A program made the position numbers and the translations under genes. This document shows, piece by piece, positions 24,806 through 34,973 of a stretch of 64,000 nucleotides of DNA. Position 1 is the stretch's first letter; every line of letters begins with the position of its first letter. Source of the stretch: Clostridia bacterium (GTDB lineage Bacteria > Bacillota > Clostridia > UMGS1883); contig JAFSGW010000098.1 in assembly GCA_017440585.1 (NCBI GenBank), positions 5,640-69,639 on the forward strand, in the 5' to 3' direction. The notes under the pieces were generated by a model that was given only the letters and a program-made list of their open reading frames with translations, ran no database searches and was not told the origin of the DNA.

Positions 24806-25973
24806 CTGCCTTACCTCCCAACTGCCTGAACCTTTCCCAGAAATCAGGCATGCTTTTTCTTACGCTTTCCGCACCCTTTATAATAACCTCATCTGTACAA
24901 TAAGGTGAAATTGTTGCAATTGCCATTGCAATACGGTGGTCGTTATGAGAAGAGCACACACCACCCAAAAGGCGTGGCTTACCATTTATAATAAGATAGT
25001 CCTCCCCTTCTGTCACAAGGGCACCTAAGTTTTTAAGCTCCATGGTTATCGCCTGAAGGCGGTCACTTTCCTTAATGCGGAGCCTTGCAGCATTTATTAT
25101 CCTTCCCTCGCCGGGGGTTACTGCCATAACACATGCTAAAACGGGCACACAGTCGGGTATCTGGCTCACGTCAACAGTTATGTTTCTTACTGCCCTGCCC
25201 TTTGTAATGTAAAGGTTATCCTTCTCCTCTATTTCCATGCCCATAGCACGGTAAACCTCAACTATTTCCTTGTCACCCTGGATGGAATTAGGGTTAAGCC
25301 CCGTAAGTGTAACATCACCCATGGCAAGGAAAAACGCCGCTTGTGAAAAATCGCCCTCAACAGTGTATTTTTCGCTTTTGTATTTCTGATTACCCTTTAT
25401 AAGGTAGCAGTTTTCCTCTTCCTTTATTTCAATGCCGAACTTTTTTAAAACGTCAAGTGTCATGTCTACATATGCGCGACTTTCAAGACGGGTTGTTATA
25501 ACAATCCTACTGTCCTCCTTTATAAGAGGAAGAGCAAATAAAAGCCCCGTTATAAACTGGCTCGAAACGTCGCCTCTTATAAAATAATCACCGCCTGTAA
25601 GGTTGCCCTTTGCATATAGTGTATTATTCTCAAGTGAGTATTCAATGCCCTTTTCATTAAATATTTTAAAATAGTCATCAAGAGGCCTTTCCATAAGCCT
25701 TTCAGAGCCTGAGATGTTCACCTCGCCGTTAACTGCAAGAGCTATAGGTATCATGAAACGCAATGTCGAGCCCGACTCGTTTGCATATAAAGCCCTACCC
25801 TCTTTCAGTGCCTCAAGGCACTCACGTGTTGCCCTTGTGTCGGCACTTTCGCCAACGCCAATTGCTTCACCGCCCCCTAAATAAGCGGCTATAAGCGCTC
25901 TGTGTGAGTAGCTTTTGGAAGGGGGTATTTCCATACTTCCTTTAAGCTTACATGGTGTAATTTTTATGTCCAT
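24786..25973 (-). CDS. aroA: 3-phosphoshikimate 1-carboxyvinyltransferase (EPSP synthase, compact form)
   Basis: 395 aa with the motifs PPSKSYSHRALI, ESGSTLRF, KESDRL and NDHRIAMA. It overlaps aroC by 20 nt. Confidence 0.92.
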   Translation of the reverse strand: MDIKITPCKLKGSMEIPPSKSYSHRALIAAYLGGGEAIGVGESADTRATRECLEALKEGRALYANESGSTLRFMIPIALAVNGEVNISGSERLMERPLDDYFKIFNEKGIEYSLENNTLYAKGNLTGGDYFIRGDVSSQFITGLLFALPLIKEDSRIVITTRLESRAYVDMTLDVLKKFGIEIKEEENCYLIKGNQKYKSEKYTVEGDFSQAAFFLAMGDVTLTGLNPNSIQGDKEIVEVYRAMGMEIEEKDNLYITKGRAVRNITVDVSQIPDCVPVLACVMAVTPGEGRIINAARLRIKESDRLQAITMELKNLGALVTEGEDYLIINGKPRLLGGVCSSHNDHRIAMAIATISPYCTDEVIIKGAESVRKSMPDFWERFRQLGGKADELNLG

Positions 25974-25978
25974 TCAAT

Positions 25979-27022
25979 TCATCCCTTTGCGATTTCACTG
26001 AGAAGGCTCACGTCTACCTTTTCATAGTAGCTTTCGCCCATTTTTTTGACAAGCACAATGCTTATCCTGCTGCCGCTTCGCTTTTTGTCGTGCATTGCGG
26101 CACCTGTCATGTTTTCTAAATTATCAATATGTGTGGGCAGGCTGTATTTTTCACAAAGAGCCTTTATTGTGTCATAAGTGCCCTTTTCTGTATAACCCAT
26201 CCTTTCGCTCCAGGCGGTTATGGTGCACATGCCTATAGCTACCGCCGCCCCGTGGGAATAGGTGCCGTAGCCCGTGTAGTTTTCAACGGCATGACCTAAG
26301 GTATGCCCAAAATTCAAAAGCATTCTTTCGCCTTTGTCAAGCTCATCGTTTTCCACAATGGATGCCTTTATGCTGCAGCAGGTTTTTATAACCTCTTCAG
26401 CCTTAAATTCGCCCTTCAATAAAGCCTCTGCAAGCTGTTTGTCACGTATGGCACCGTATTTTATAACCTCTGCCATACCGCAGGCAACCTCACGGGGAGG
26501 AAGGGTTGTCAATGTATCTGTATCAATCAAAACCATCTTGGGCTGATAGAAGGTGCCCACAAGGTTTTTACCCTCGGGAATGTTCACCGCAGTTTTACCG
26601 CCTACGGAGGAATCCACCTGGGAAAGAAGTGTGGTGGGGCACTGGATAAGGGTTACGCCACGGAGTACAACCGATGCACAAAAGGCTGTCAAATCACCCA
26701 CAACGCCACCGCCCAAGGCAATGATAACGTCACTTCGGGTAAAATTACGGCTTATTATTTCACGGCATAAGTATTCAAGGTTTTTAAAGCTTTTTGCCTC
26801 TTCCCCTGCTGTAACCACAAGGGAAAACACATCCCCTCCTGCCTTCTTCACAGCATTTTCCATTCCTTCGCCATATAAGGGAAAAACGTTTGTATCAGAG
26901 ATGATGCAAACCTTTTTATTTTCAACAAAGGGCTTAAGAAGCACATCTGCTTCATTAAAAAGCTTGTTTCCTATATGTATTTTATATTCCTTACCGGGGA
27001 TTTTCACGTCAAGTGACAGCAT
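25979..27022 (-). CDS. aroB: 3-dehydroquinate synthase
   Basis: 347 aa with the motifs GGGVVGDLTAF, VDSSVGGKT and FGHTLGHAVE. Confidence 0.95.
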   Translation of the reverse strand: MLSLDVKIPGKEYKIHIGNKLFNEADVLLKPFVENKKVCIISDTNVFPLYGEGMENAVKKAGGDVFSLVVTAGEEAKSFKNLEYLCREIISRNFTRSDVIIALGGGVVGDLTAFCASVVLRGVTLIQCPTTLLSQVDSSVGGKTAVNIPEGKNLVGTFYQPKMVLIDTDTLTTLPPREVACGMAEVIKYGAIRDKQLAEALLKGEFKAEEVIKTCCSIKASIVENDELDKGERMLLNFGHTLGHAVENYTGYGTYSHGAAVAIGMCTITAWSERMGYTEKGTYDTIKALCEKYSLPTHIDNLENMTGAAMHDKKRSGSRISIVLVKKMGESYYEKVDVSLLSEIAKG

Positions 27023-27060
27023 TTTAAAACCTTCTTACTTTAAAAATGTATATTAGGTTT

Positions 27061-27089
27061 ATTATAGCACTGCATATCACTTATTTCAA
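27061..27089 (-). promoter_or_regulatory. Consensus sigma-A promoter of the aroB-aroA-aroC-pheA operon
   Basis: On the minus strand: TTGAAA (27084-27089), a 17-nt spacer, then TATAAT (27061-27066). The leader is about 30 nt, so there is no room for a riboswitch or T-box. Confidence 0.55.
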
Positions 27090-27170
27090 GTTTTTTGCAA
27101 AATCACCTTGAAAAAACGACATTTTGTGATACAATAGTATCAATTATTTTTTGGAAGGTCTTGGTTTTTT

Positions 27171-27911
27171 ATGTACATCACAGGCATTGGCACAATTGTT
27201 AATGTAGCTGCCGTTCTCATAGGCAGTATTTTAGGTCTTTTCTGCAAAAGCCTTATAAATGACCGCCTCCGTGAGGGCGTTATGGCATCTTTAGGGCTTG
27301 CAGTTTTCACAATAGGCGTTTCGGGTGTTGTAACAAACAGCATTTTTACAAAGGGCGATGCTTTAAGCAGTGAATATACTCTTATCATGATACTGTCCCT
27401 TGCAATAGGCACACTTTTCGGCACACTTATCGACATTGAAAAACGCCTTGATGATTTGGGCATGTTTTTCCAGAAAAAGTTCACAAAGGACGATGCAAAC
27501 TCCACCTTTGCACAGGGCTTTGTGTCTGCCTCCCTTCTTTTCTGCGTGGGAAGCATGGCAATTGTAGGCTCACTTAATGACGGTATTTCACATGACCCCA
27601 ACATACTTTTTGCAAAGAGCATCTTAGACGGTATTATGGCAATTGTTTTTGCCTCCACCTTAGGTATAGGCACCGCTATGAGCTGTGTTTCGCTCATTGT
27701 TTATCAGGGCGGTATAACCTTGTGTGCATCCTTGGTTGCGCCCTATCTTACAGACATGGTTATTGCACAGATGGGCTTTGTTGGTAACATCCTCATTATG
27801 GCAATCGGTCTTAACTTTGTTTATAAGCCCAAGTTCAAGGTGGGCAATATGCTCCCCTCGGTTTTCATTCCCGTTATATATTACGTTATAAAAACTATCT
27901 TTAATTTTTAA
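27171..27911 (+). CDS. DUF554-family membrane protein
   Basis: 246 aa, polytopic, with a DUF554-like N-terminus (GIGTIVNVAAVLIGSILG). Confidence 0.8.
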   Translation: MYITGIGTIVNVAAVLIGSILGLFCKSLINDRLREGVMASLGLAVFTIGVSGVVTNSIFTKGDALSSEYTLIMILSLAIGTLFGTLIDIEKRLDDLGMFFQKKFTKDDANSTFAQGFVSASLLFCVGSMAIVGSLNDGISHDPNILFAKSILDGIMAIVFASTLGIGTAMSCVSLIVYQGGITLCASLVAPYLTDMVIAQMGFVGNILIMAIGLNFVYKPKFKVGNMLPSVFIPVIYYVIKTIFNF

Positions 27912-27922
27912 GGAGAATAGCT

Positions 27923-29431
27923 ATGTTCAATCGTTCCTGTGGCGTGCTTTGCCACATTTCATCACTCCCCGGTCCCTACGGCATCGGCACCTTCGGCAAG
28001 GAGGCTGTAAAGTTTGCCGAAATGCTCCGTAGCATGGATATCCGCTCCTGGCAGGTATTGCCCCTTTGCCCCACGGATGACTATAACTCACCCTATGCAG
28101 GCTGCAGTGCCTTTGCAGGCAACCCCTATTTTATTGACCCCGAAATCCTCTTTGAGGAAAAGCTTCTTACAAAGGAGGAGCTTGAAAGTGCACGAGCTTC
28201 ACAGCCCTACAGTGCTGATTTTGAGTTTTTGAAGGAAACACGCCTTCCCCTTTTTAAAAAGGCGTTTGACCGCTTCAAGGAAGAAAATATGCCCATTCTT
28301 GAAAAGTTTCTTAAGGAGCACCCTGCCCTTGACGATTATGCTCTTTTCACAGCCCTCAAGGAGCATTATGACCTTCTCCCCTGGTGGGAATGGCCCGATG
28401 GGTTAAAAATGCGTGAAAAAGCCGCCCTTAAAAAGGCAAAGGAAGAGCTTCGTGATGAATATTTCTTCGCCCTCTTTTTACAGTATCAGTTCAATAAGCA
28501 GTTCACTTCCCTTAAAGAAAAGGTTAATTCTTTAGGCGTTTCAATTATAGGCGATATGCCCATTTACCTTGCACATGACTCGGCAGACGTGTGGGCAAAC
28601 AGGTCCATTTTCTCCGTTGATGAAAAAACTTGTGCACTCCGCTCCGTTGCAGGCGTACCTCCGGACTATTTCTGTGCAGAGGGTCAGCTTTGGGGCAACC
28701 CCCTTTATGACTGGGAGGAAATGAAAAAGGACGGCTACAAGTGGTGGATAGACAGAGCAGGCTATTCCTTCAGCCTTTACGATGCTGTACGTATCGACCA
28801 CTTCAGAGCTTTTTCCGCTTACTGGGCAGTGCCTGCAGGCGAAAAGGCAACAAAGGGTGAATGGATAAAGGGCCCCGGTATGGACTTTTTCAATGCTCTC
28901 AGCGAAAAGTATCCCCAAAGCCCCATCATTGCAGAGGATTTAGGTGACATTGACGACGATGTACGTCAACTTGTGAAGGACACAAATTTCCCCGGTATGG
29001 GCGTTATGCAGTTTGCATTCCTCTCCGATGGGGACAACACACATATGCCCTATAACTATTCCCCCTCAACCGTTGCATACACAGGCACGCACGACAACAA
29101 CACCATCTTAGGCTGGCTGTGGGAATCTGACGATGCCTCCAGAAGAAGAATTTGTGAATACTGCGGTTTTGAAGGCGACTGGGGCATGGGCGGTCCCGAT
29201 GCTCCCTGCATAAAGACAATTATCAAAACCCTTTTCGAGTCCTCCGCACTTTTAGCAATCGTGCCCGTGCAGGATCTGGTAGGCTTTGGTGCCGACACAA
29301 GGATGAATACCCCCGGTGAAGCTGACGGCAACTGGGCATTCAGAATAACATGGGACAGCTTGGAGCGTATTAATAAGGACTTCTTCAGAAAAATTTCAAA
29401 TATGTATCACAGAAACAATAATCTTGTATAA
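27923..29431 (+). CDS. malQ: 4-alpha-glucanotransferase (amylomaltase, GH77)
   Basis: 502 aa with GH77 blocks (GVLCHISSLPGPYGIG, VRIDHFRAF, IIAEDLG, TGTHDN). Confidence 0.93.
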   Translation: MFNRSCGVLCHISSLPGPYGIGTFGKEAVKFAEMLRSMDIRSWQVLPLCPTDDYNSPYAGCSAFAGNPYFIDPEILFEEKLLTKEELESARASQPYSADFEFLKETRLPLFKKAFDRFKEENMPILEKFLKEHPALDDYALFTALKEHYDLLPWWEWPDGLKMREKAALKKAKEELRDEYFFALFLQYQFNKQFTSLKEKVNSLGVSIIGDMPIYLAHDSADVWANRSIFSVDEKTCALRSVAGVPPDYFCAEGQLWGNPLYDWEEMKKDGYKWWIDRAGYSFSLYDAVRIDHFRAFSAYWAVPAGEKATKGEWIKGPGMDFFNALSEKYPQSPIIAEDLGDIDDDVRQLVKDTNFPGMGVMQFAFLSDGDNTHMPYNYSPSTVAYTGTHDNNTILGWLWESDDASRRRICEYCGFEGDWGMGGPDAPCIKTIIKTLFESSALLAIVPVQDLVGFGADTRMNTPGEADGNWAFRITWDSLERINKDFFRKISNMYHRNNNLV

Positions 29432-29470
29432 AAAACATACCGTTGGGTTAACCCAACGGTATGTTTTTTA
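29432..29470. terminator. Bidirectional terminator
   Basis: Perfect palindrome AAACATACCGTTGGGTT/AACCCAACGGTATGTTT flanked by A- and T-runs, lying between convergent malQ and htpG. Confidence 0.85.
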
Positions 29471-29473
29471 TCG

Positions 29474-31354
29474 TTACATTAATTCACTTACCAGCTGTGC
29501 AAATTCCACTGCATTTTCAATGGGCATATCTGCAATAAGCAATGCCTCTGTGTAGAGGATTTTACAAAGCTTTACAGCCTTTTCCTTATCCTCTTCAAAT
29601 GCCTTTTTCAATGCTTCAAAGGCACGGTGGTCGCCGTTTAATTCAAGTACACGTCTTGCCTTTATTGCATTTTCCTTTTCGCCGGGAAGGCTCTTGAAGT
29701 ATTTTTCCATCTCGAGCGTTATCTCGCCCTCGCTTGCAAGGCACACGGGGTGGCTTTTAAGCTTGTGGGAAAGGCGTACAAACTCAACCTCTTCACCTAA
29801 GGCTTCCTTCACAAAGTCTAAAATAGGCTTGTTTTCCTCTTCTTTCTTTTCTGCCTCTGCCTTTTCCTCGTCGCTCTCCAGCCCTAAGTCCTTATCGTTA
29901 ATATTCTTGAACTCCTTTTCCATAAAGGTGCCTAAAATATTCACAACAAACTCGTCAACATCGTCTGTAAGATAAAGTATGCCGTAGCCCTTTTCCTTAA
30001 CAGCCTCAGTCTGGGGAAGGGAGTTTATCTTTGCAATGCTTTCGCCACGTGCATAGTAAATGTACTGCTGGCTCTCGGGCATAGAGGAAACATATTCCTC
30101 CAAAGTTACCATCTTTTCGGCAAATGAGGAGTAATACAGAAGAAGGTCTGTAAGGGTGTCCTTATGAACGCCGTAGTCACTTACAACACCGTACTTGAGC
30201 TGAAGACCGAACTCTGTAAAGAAGCCCTCGTACTTTTCTCTTTCATTTAATAAAAGCTTTTTCAATTCGCTCTTTATTTTCTTTTCAAGGTTATTTGCAA
30301 TCTGCTTAAGCTGTCTGTCGTGCTGCAAAATTTCGCGTGAAATGTTTAAGGACAAATTGTCGGAATCTACAACACCCTTTACAAAGCGGAAATGCTCGGG
30401 AAGAAGCTCCTCACAACGCTCCATAATCATAACAGAGGAGGTGTAGAGGGCGAGCCCCTTCTGATATTCCTTTGTGTAGTAGGTCATGGGTGCCTTGGAG
30501 GGTATAAAGAGCATTGCTTTATAGTTCAGACTGCCTTCGGCATTTATCCTTATAACCTTCACGGGGTCATTTATGTCGTAGAAGGTTTCCTTGTAAAACG
30601 CCGCACAGTCCTCATCTGTTACGTCGCTCTTATTTCTCTGCCAGATGGGCACCATGCTGTTAATTGTTTCGTCCTCGTAGTATTTTGCCTCTGTGCCCTC
30701 AACTGTTTTTTCCTCAGGCATAACGATGGGGTAGCGAACATAGTCGGAATACTTTTTAATAATGCCCTTTATTCTGTAGGGACGTAAAAATTCGTCATAA
30801 ACCTCGTCCTCAGTATTGGGCTTTATGTACATAACAATTGTTGTGCCCACCTCGTCCTTAACGCAGTCGCGGATGGTATAACCGTCAACGCCTGTGCTTT
30901 CCCACACAAAGGCTTCATCACTCTTTATGCTTTTTGTTGTAACAGTAACCTTTTCGGCAACCATAAATGCACTGTAAAAGCCAACGCCGAACTGACCTAT
31001 AATGTCAATTTCCTTTTCGTCCTTTTCATCCTTTGAAAGGTTTTCCTTAAAGCTTAAGGAGCCGCTTTTTGCAATTGTACCCAAATTTTCCTCAAGCTCC
31101 TCACGTGTCATGCCTATGCCGTTATCGGAAACTGTTATTGTACGTCTTTCCTTGTCAATTTCAACCCTTATTTTAAAATCTGTTCTGTCAAAGCCCTCGG
31201 CTCCCTCCGTAAGTGCCACATAGCAACGCTTATCGATTGCATCGGAGGCGTTTGAAATAATTTCACGGAGGAAAATTTCCTTATGTGTGTAGATGGAGTT
31301 TATCATTAAATCAAGTATTCTTTTAGACTCCGTTTTAAACTGTTTTTTTGCCAT
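29474..31354 (-). CDS. htpG: Molecular chaperone HtpG (Hsp90)
   Basis: 626 aa with the Hsp90 N-terminal signature YTHKEIFLREIISNASDA and GQFGVGFYS. Confidence 0.96.
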   Translation of the reverse strand: MAKKQFKTESKRILDLMINSIYTHKEIFLREIISNASDAIDKRCYVALTEGAEGFDRTDFKIRVEIDKERRTITVSDNGIGMTREELEENLGTIAKSGSLSFKENLSKDEKDEKEIDIIGQFGVGFYSAFMVAEKVTVTTKSIKSDEAFVWESTGVDGYTIRDCVKDEVGTTIVMYIKPNTEDEVYDEFLRPYRIKGIIKKYSDYVRYPIVMPEEKTVEGTEAKYYEDETINSMVPIWQRNKSDVTDEDCAAFYKETFYDINDPVKVIRINAEGSLNYKAMLFIPSKAPMTYYTKEYQKGLALYTSSVMIMERCEELLPEHFRFVKGVVDSDNLSLNISREILQHDRQLKQIANNLEKKIKSELKKLLLNEREKYEGFFTEFGLQLKYGVVSDYGVHKDTLTDLLLYYSSFAEKMVTLEEYVSSMPESQQYIYYARGESIAKINSLPQTEAVKEKGYGILYLTDDVDEFVVNILGTFMEKEFKNINDKDLGLESDEEKAEAEKKEEENKPILDFVKEALGEEVEFVRLSHKLKSHPVCLASEGEITLEMEKYFKSLPGEKENAIKARRVLELNGDHRAFEALKKAFEEDKEKAVKLCKILYTEALLIADMPIENAVEFAQLVSELM

Positions 31355-31381
31355 TTTCTTTTAATTCCTTTCTTTTGTGCT

Positions 31382-32281
31382 TTATTCTGCCACGGCGATT
31401 TTTATGGCACCGTTAATGTTTTCAATTTCTGCCTCAGTACCCGCACCGCCAAACTCCCCGTCAAGGGTCCATGCAACATTATCTTCCGAAGTAAAACGTA
31501 TTTTGTCGCTTTTTAAAACGTAGTAGTGCTCACTGTCGGTCTTTTTCTGCAAAAGGTCAGTTAAAATTGTATTTATATCCATCGGCTTCCCTATCTTCTT
31601 TAAAAGAAGCACTTCAAAAAGCCCGTCACATAAATCCACATTAAGGGATTTTATTTTCATCCCTCCCACAGAGTTTGAATTTGCAACCATACCGAATATA
31701 AATTCGTCCTCTATTACTTCGCCGTTATATTCAATTTTCATTTTGTAGCTTTTAACGTTTGCAAGCCTTTTTACACCCTCCACAATATATGCCGCCCTGC
31801 CGAAAAGGTTTTTTATTTCCTGAGGGGTATCGTATGCCACATCTGTGAGCACGCCAAAGGCTGCTACATATGCAAAACAGCTTTCATTGAACCTTCCTGC
31901 ATCAATTGCCACTATGTTTTCACCCACAGCCACCCTTGCCGCCTCAATGGGGTCAAAGGGTATATTGCAGGATGCGGCAAAGTCGTTGGTTGTGCCCATA
32001 GGTATGTAGCCTAAAATGGGCTTATCCTCACCAAGTGCCATTAAAGCATTGAACGCCTCGTTAACTGTGCCGTCACCGCCTGCTACCACAATGCGGTCAA
32101 ACCGTCTGCCCTCGCATTTTATATATTCACTGCAATGGTTACGGTACTGTGTGGGTACAAGGGTAACCTCAAAGCCTTCTTTTGAAAAAGCCTTTACAAT
32201 GTCAACAAAATATGTTTCAATATTGCCTTTTCCTGCCCTGGGGTTATAAACAAATGCTAATTTTTTCATTTTTATCACCAC
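31382..32281 (-). CDS. Diacylglycerol-kinase-family lipid kinase (YegS/DagK type)
   Basis: 299 aa with the motifs NPRAGKG and VVAGGDGTVNE. The alternative start at 32269 (MKKLAF...) is equally plausible. Confidence 0.87.
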   Translation of the reverse strand: MVIKMKKLAFVYNPRAGKGNIETYFVDIVKAFSKEGFEVTLVPTQYRNHCSEYIKCEGRRFDRIVVAGGDGTVNEAFNALMALGEDKPILGYIPMGTTNDFAASCNIPFDPIEAARVAVGENIVAIDAGRFNESCFAYVAAFGVLTDVAYDTPQEIKNLFGRAAYIVEGVKRLANVKSYKMKIEYNGEVIEDEFIFGMVANSNSVGGMKIKSLNVDLCDGLFEVLLLKKIGKPMDINTILTDLLQKKTDSEHYYVLKSDKIRFTSEDNVAWTLDGEFGGAGTEAEIENINGAIKIAVAE

Positions 32282-32340
32282 TTTTACTATAATACCACTT
32301 TTTTAACATTTTGTGAATATACTTTTTAAACTTAATTAAA

Positions 32341-33057
32341 TTATAAGTTTTTCGATATATCCTTACGGAGGCGTTGCATTATCTTTTTTTCAAGGCGTGA
32401 TATGTAGCTCTGGCTTATGCCAAGCATATCGGCAACCTCCTTCTGGGTTTTCTCGCTTCTGCCCTCCAAGCCGTAGCGCAGGCATATTATCTCCCTTTCA
32501 CGCTCATTAAGGCGCATCATTGCCCCCTTTAAAAGCTGAAGCTCTGCCGCTTCCTCCAAGGATGCCTCCACAGTATCGTTTTCCGTGCCTAAAACGTCCG
32601 AAAGCAAAAGCTCGTTGCCGTCCCAGTCAACATTCAAGGGCTCGTCAAAGCTCACCTCGCTTTTTCGGGCGTTATATTTTCTTAAATACATAAGTATTTC
32701 GTTTTCTATACAGCGCGATGCATAGGTTGCAAGCTTTATTTTCTTTTCGGGGTTAAAGGTGTTAACCGCCTTTATCAGCCCTATTGTGCCTATGCTTATC
32801 AAATCTTCAATGTAAATATTTGTGCTTTCAAACCTTTTTGCTATGTAGCACACAAGCCTCAGGTTGTGCTCAATAAGCTTGTTTTTTGCACTCTGTGTTT
32901 CAATTTTCGATAAAAGCAACGCCTCCTCTTCCCTTTCCAGTGCCTGAGGGAGAGCCTCGGTGCCACCTATGTAGTGCACCCGACCTCCTTCAAGGCTCTT
33001 TATTATTTCTCTGTAGCTTATGCGGGCAATGCCTCTTATAAGTGTCTGAAAATCCAT
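32341..33057 (-). CDS. sigE: Sporulation sigma factor SigE (pro-sigma-E)
   Basis: 238 aa. It has the pro-sequence plus [13 protein letters not shown] motif, a sigma-70 region 2 ([26 protein letters not shown]) and region 4. It lies directly downstream of spoIIGA. Confidence 0.9.
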   Translation of the reverse strand: MDFQTLIRGIARISYREIIKSLEGGRVHYIGGTEALPQALEREEEALLLSKIETQSAKNKLIEHNLRLVCYIAKRFESTNIYIEDLISIGTIGLIKAVNTFNPEKKIKLATYASRCIENEILMYLRKYNARKSEVSFDEPLNVDWDGNELLLSDVLGTENDTVEASLEEAAELQLLKGAMMRLNEREREIICLRYGLEGRSEKTQKEVADMLGISQSYISRLEKKIMQRLRKDISKNL

Positions 33058-33072
33058 ATTCCCTCTCCTTTC

Positions 33073-33924
33073 TTATTTCACCACAGTGGCAGGATTAAGC
33101 AGAGCGTGGTACTCTTCACCCTCTGAAAGAGTGCTCCTTGTTATGCCGATAATGCATCTTTTTACCTCCATCCCGTCAATTTTTACTTTGTCGGGCAAAA
33201 AACCGGGCATAATTCCATCCTCCTTGCCTATGCTTGAAAAGGGTATCAGCCTTACCCTTAAGCCCATAGTGCCCATTTTTTCCATCCATTCATCCTCCTC
33301 GGGCACTAAAGCTTTAAGTGCCCTATGCTCGCAGACAATAACCGGTGCCCCGGTTATTGGGTCAAAAAGTGAATTTCCCGTATCGATAATGGCACTTGTT
33401 TCAATTACGTTGCCGTTTATGTAAATGGTAAGGGTGCGTTTTACCGCCTCCCTTACAATACGCCTCTTCCGTATGCGGGAGAAAAACAAAATAAGCACAT
33501 AGGTACCAACTGCTGAAGCAAAAACCCACCTCCAGGGCAAATTGAGGTAAACCTCACCGTTTGAATACACGGCTCCAAGTCTCCTTCCAAGCCCCGTTGT
33601 GCTCATAATGGCAATAAGGCTTCCGCCGAAAATGAAGCTGGCAAGGTAAAAGCTTCCCCACATTTTTAAAAAATGCGGTAACGACTTAAATCCGAATGCC
33701 ACCCACACCAAAACTGCCGATATAAGTATTTTCATTATAATACTGCCTGCTATACCCATGCCCGGGAAAAATATCAGAACGGCATAAATTGCTCCTATCA
33801 GTGCCGAAAGAAGGCTTCTATACCATTTTGTGTCAACACACATTATGCTTCCCGTGCCCTCTGTTATAAGAATGTTTATCATAAAATTAACCAGAAACAG
33901 CACATCTATGTACACAGTAACCAT
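33073..33924 (-). CDS. spoIIGA: Sigma-E processing peptidase SpoIIGA
   Basis: 283 aa. It has 5 N-terminal TM segments (VYIDVLFLVNFMINILI) and the aspartic protease motif IIDTGNSL. Confidence 0.9.
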   Translation of the reverse strand: MVTVYIDVLFLVNFMINILITEGTGSIMCVDTKWYRSLLSALIGAIYAVLIFFPGMGIAGSIIMKILISAVLVWVAFGFKSLPHFLKMWGSFYLASFIFGGSLIAIMSTTGLGRRLGAVYSNGEVYLNLPWRWVFASAVGTYVLILFFSRIRKRRIVREAVKRTLTIYINGNVIETSAIIDTGNSLFDPITGAPVIVCEHRALKALVPEEDEWMEKMGTMGLRVRLIPFSSIGKEDGIMPGFLPDKVKIDGMEVKRCIIGITRSTLSEGEEYHALLNPATVVK

Positions 33925-33944
33925 ACTATCAACCTCACTTTACC

Positions 33945-33978
33945 ATTATACAATCCCTTCTCATAAAATATTGTCGCA
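33945..33978 (-). promoter_or_regulatory. Possible spoIIG promoter with a Spo0A-box-like site
   Basis: On the minus strand, TATAAT lies at 33945-33950. TGTCGCA (plus strand, 33972-33978; one mismatch to the 0A box TGTCGAA) sits about 22 nt upstream, resembling the B. subtilis spoIIG arrangement. Confidence 0.3.
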
Positions 33979-34005
33979 CTAAGGCAGTAAACCCATCTTT
34001 TTTTA

Positions 34006-34034
34006 TTGACACGGCATAAAAAAAGATATAGAAT
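34006..34034 (+). promoter_or_regulatory. Sigma-A promoter of the glycyl-radical enzyme operon
   Basis: TTGACA (34006-34011), a 17-nt spacer, then TAGAAT (34029-34034). Confidence 0.55.
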
Positions 34035-34063
34035 TATTCTGATAAGGAATGCGAGGTAATACT

Positions 34064-34969
34064 ATGGAAAATGTATTAATATCAAACATTCAGCGGTTTT
34101 CCACAAAGGATGGTCCCGGAATCAGAACAACGGTTTTCTTCAAGGGCTGTCCCTTAAGGTGCAAATGGTGCCACAACCCGGAAACGCACCTTTTAAGTGA
34201 GGAAATTATGTACAACCGCGAAAATTGTACCCTTTGCGGCAGGTGTGTTACAGCATGCCCCGAGGGTGCGGTGAAAATTGAAAACAATACTGTTGTTACA
34301 GATACAAAAAAGTGCACATCTTGTCAGAAATGCACCGAGGAATGTTTTTATAATGCAAGGGAAATTTCGGGTAAAAGCCTTTCCTTTGACCATGTTTGTG
34401 ACATAATTGAGCGTGATACCGCCTTTTACAGTGAATCGGGCGGTGGGGTTACCTTCTCAGGCGGTGAGTGCCTCATGTTCCCCGAAATGCTCACAAAGCT
34501 TTTAAAGTTCTGTAAAAGCCGTCGTATACATACTGCGGTTGACACCTCAGGCTTTTCCACATGGGAGGTTTTGGAGAATATAGCTCCTTTTACGGACCTA
34601 TTCTTATACGACATAAAGGCTTATTCTTCCTCCCTGCATGAAAAATTAACAGGGGTGCCCAACAGCCTTATATGGGAAAACCTTGAAAGGCTTGCCCAAA
34701 AAGGTGCGGATATAAACTTACGTGTTCCCCTTATTGAGGGCTGTAACGCAATCGATGAAGAAGTTGCAAAAATTGCAGAAAGGTGTGCATCAATGGGCAT
34801 AAAGAAGGTTAACCTTCTGCCTTATCACGATATGGGTAAATATAAGTACACAAAATTGGGACGGGAGTATGACTCAAACAGCATGTCTACCCCATCCGAT
34901 GAAAAAATGCAGAAATTCAAAAAAATATTTGAAGACTATAAGTTTACAGATGTAAAAATCGGCGGATAG
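34064..34969 (+). CDS. Glycyl-radical enzyme activating protein (radical SAM, with auxiliary ferredoxin-type clusters)
   Basis: It has the radical SAM motif CPLRCKWCHN plus CTLCGRCVTACP and CTSCQKCTEEC. I chose the start at 34064 (MENVLIS...) because GAGGT lies upstream. Confidence 0.9.
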   Translation: MENVLISNIQRFSTKDGPGIRTTVFFKGCPLRCKWCHNPETHLLSEEIMYNRENCTLCGRCVTACPEGAVKIENNTVVTDTKKCTSCQKCTEECFYNAREISGKSLSFDHVCDIIERDTAFYSESGGGVTFSGGECLMFPEMLTKLLKFCKSRRIHTAVDTSGFSTWEVLENIAPFTDLFLYDIKAYSSSLHEKLTGVPNSLIWENLERLAQKGADINLRVPLIEGCNAIDEEVAKIAERCASMGIKKVNLLPYHDMGKYKYTKLGREYDSNSMSTPSDEKMQKFKKIFEDYKFTDVKIGG

Positions 34970-34973
34970 TGAC

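Noticed and set aside
27140-27697. 185-aa minus-strand ORF
   Set aside because: It lies opposite the well-supported DUF554 membrane protein gene. It has no RBS and no recognisable motifs.
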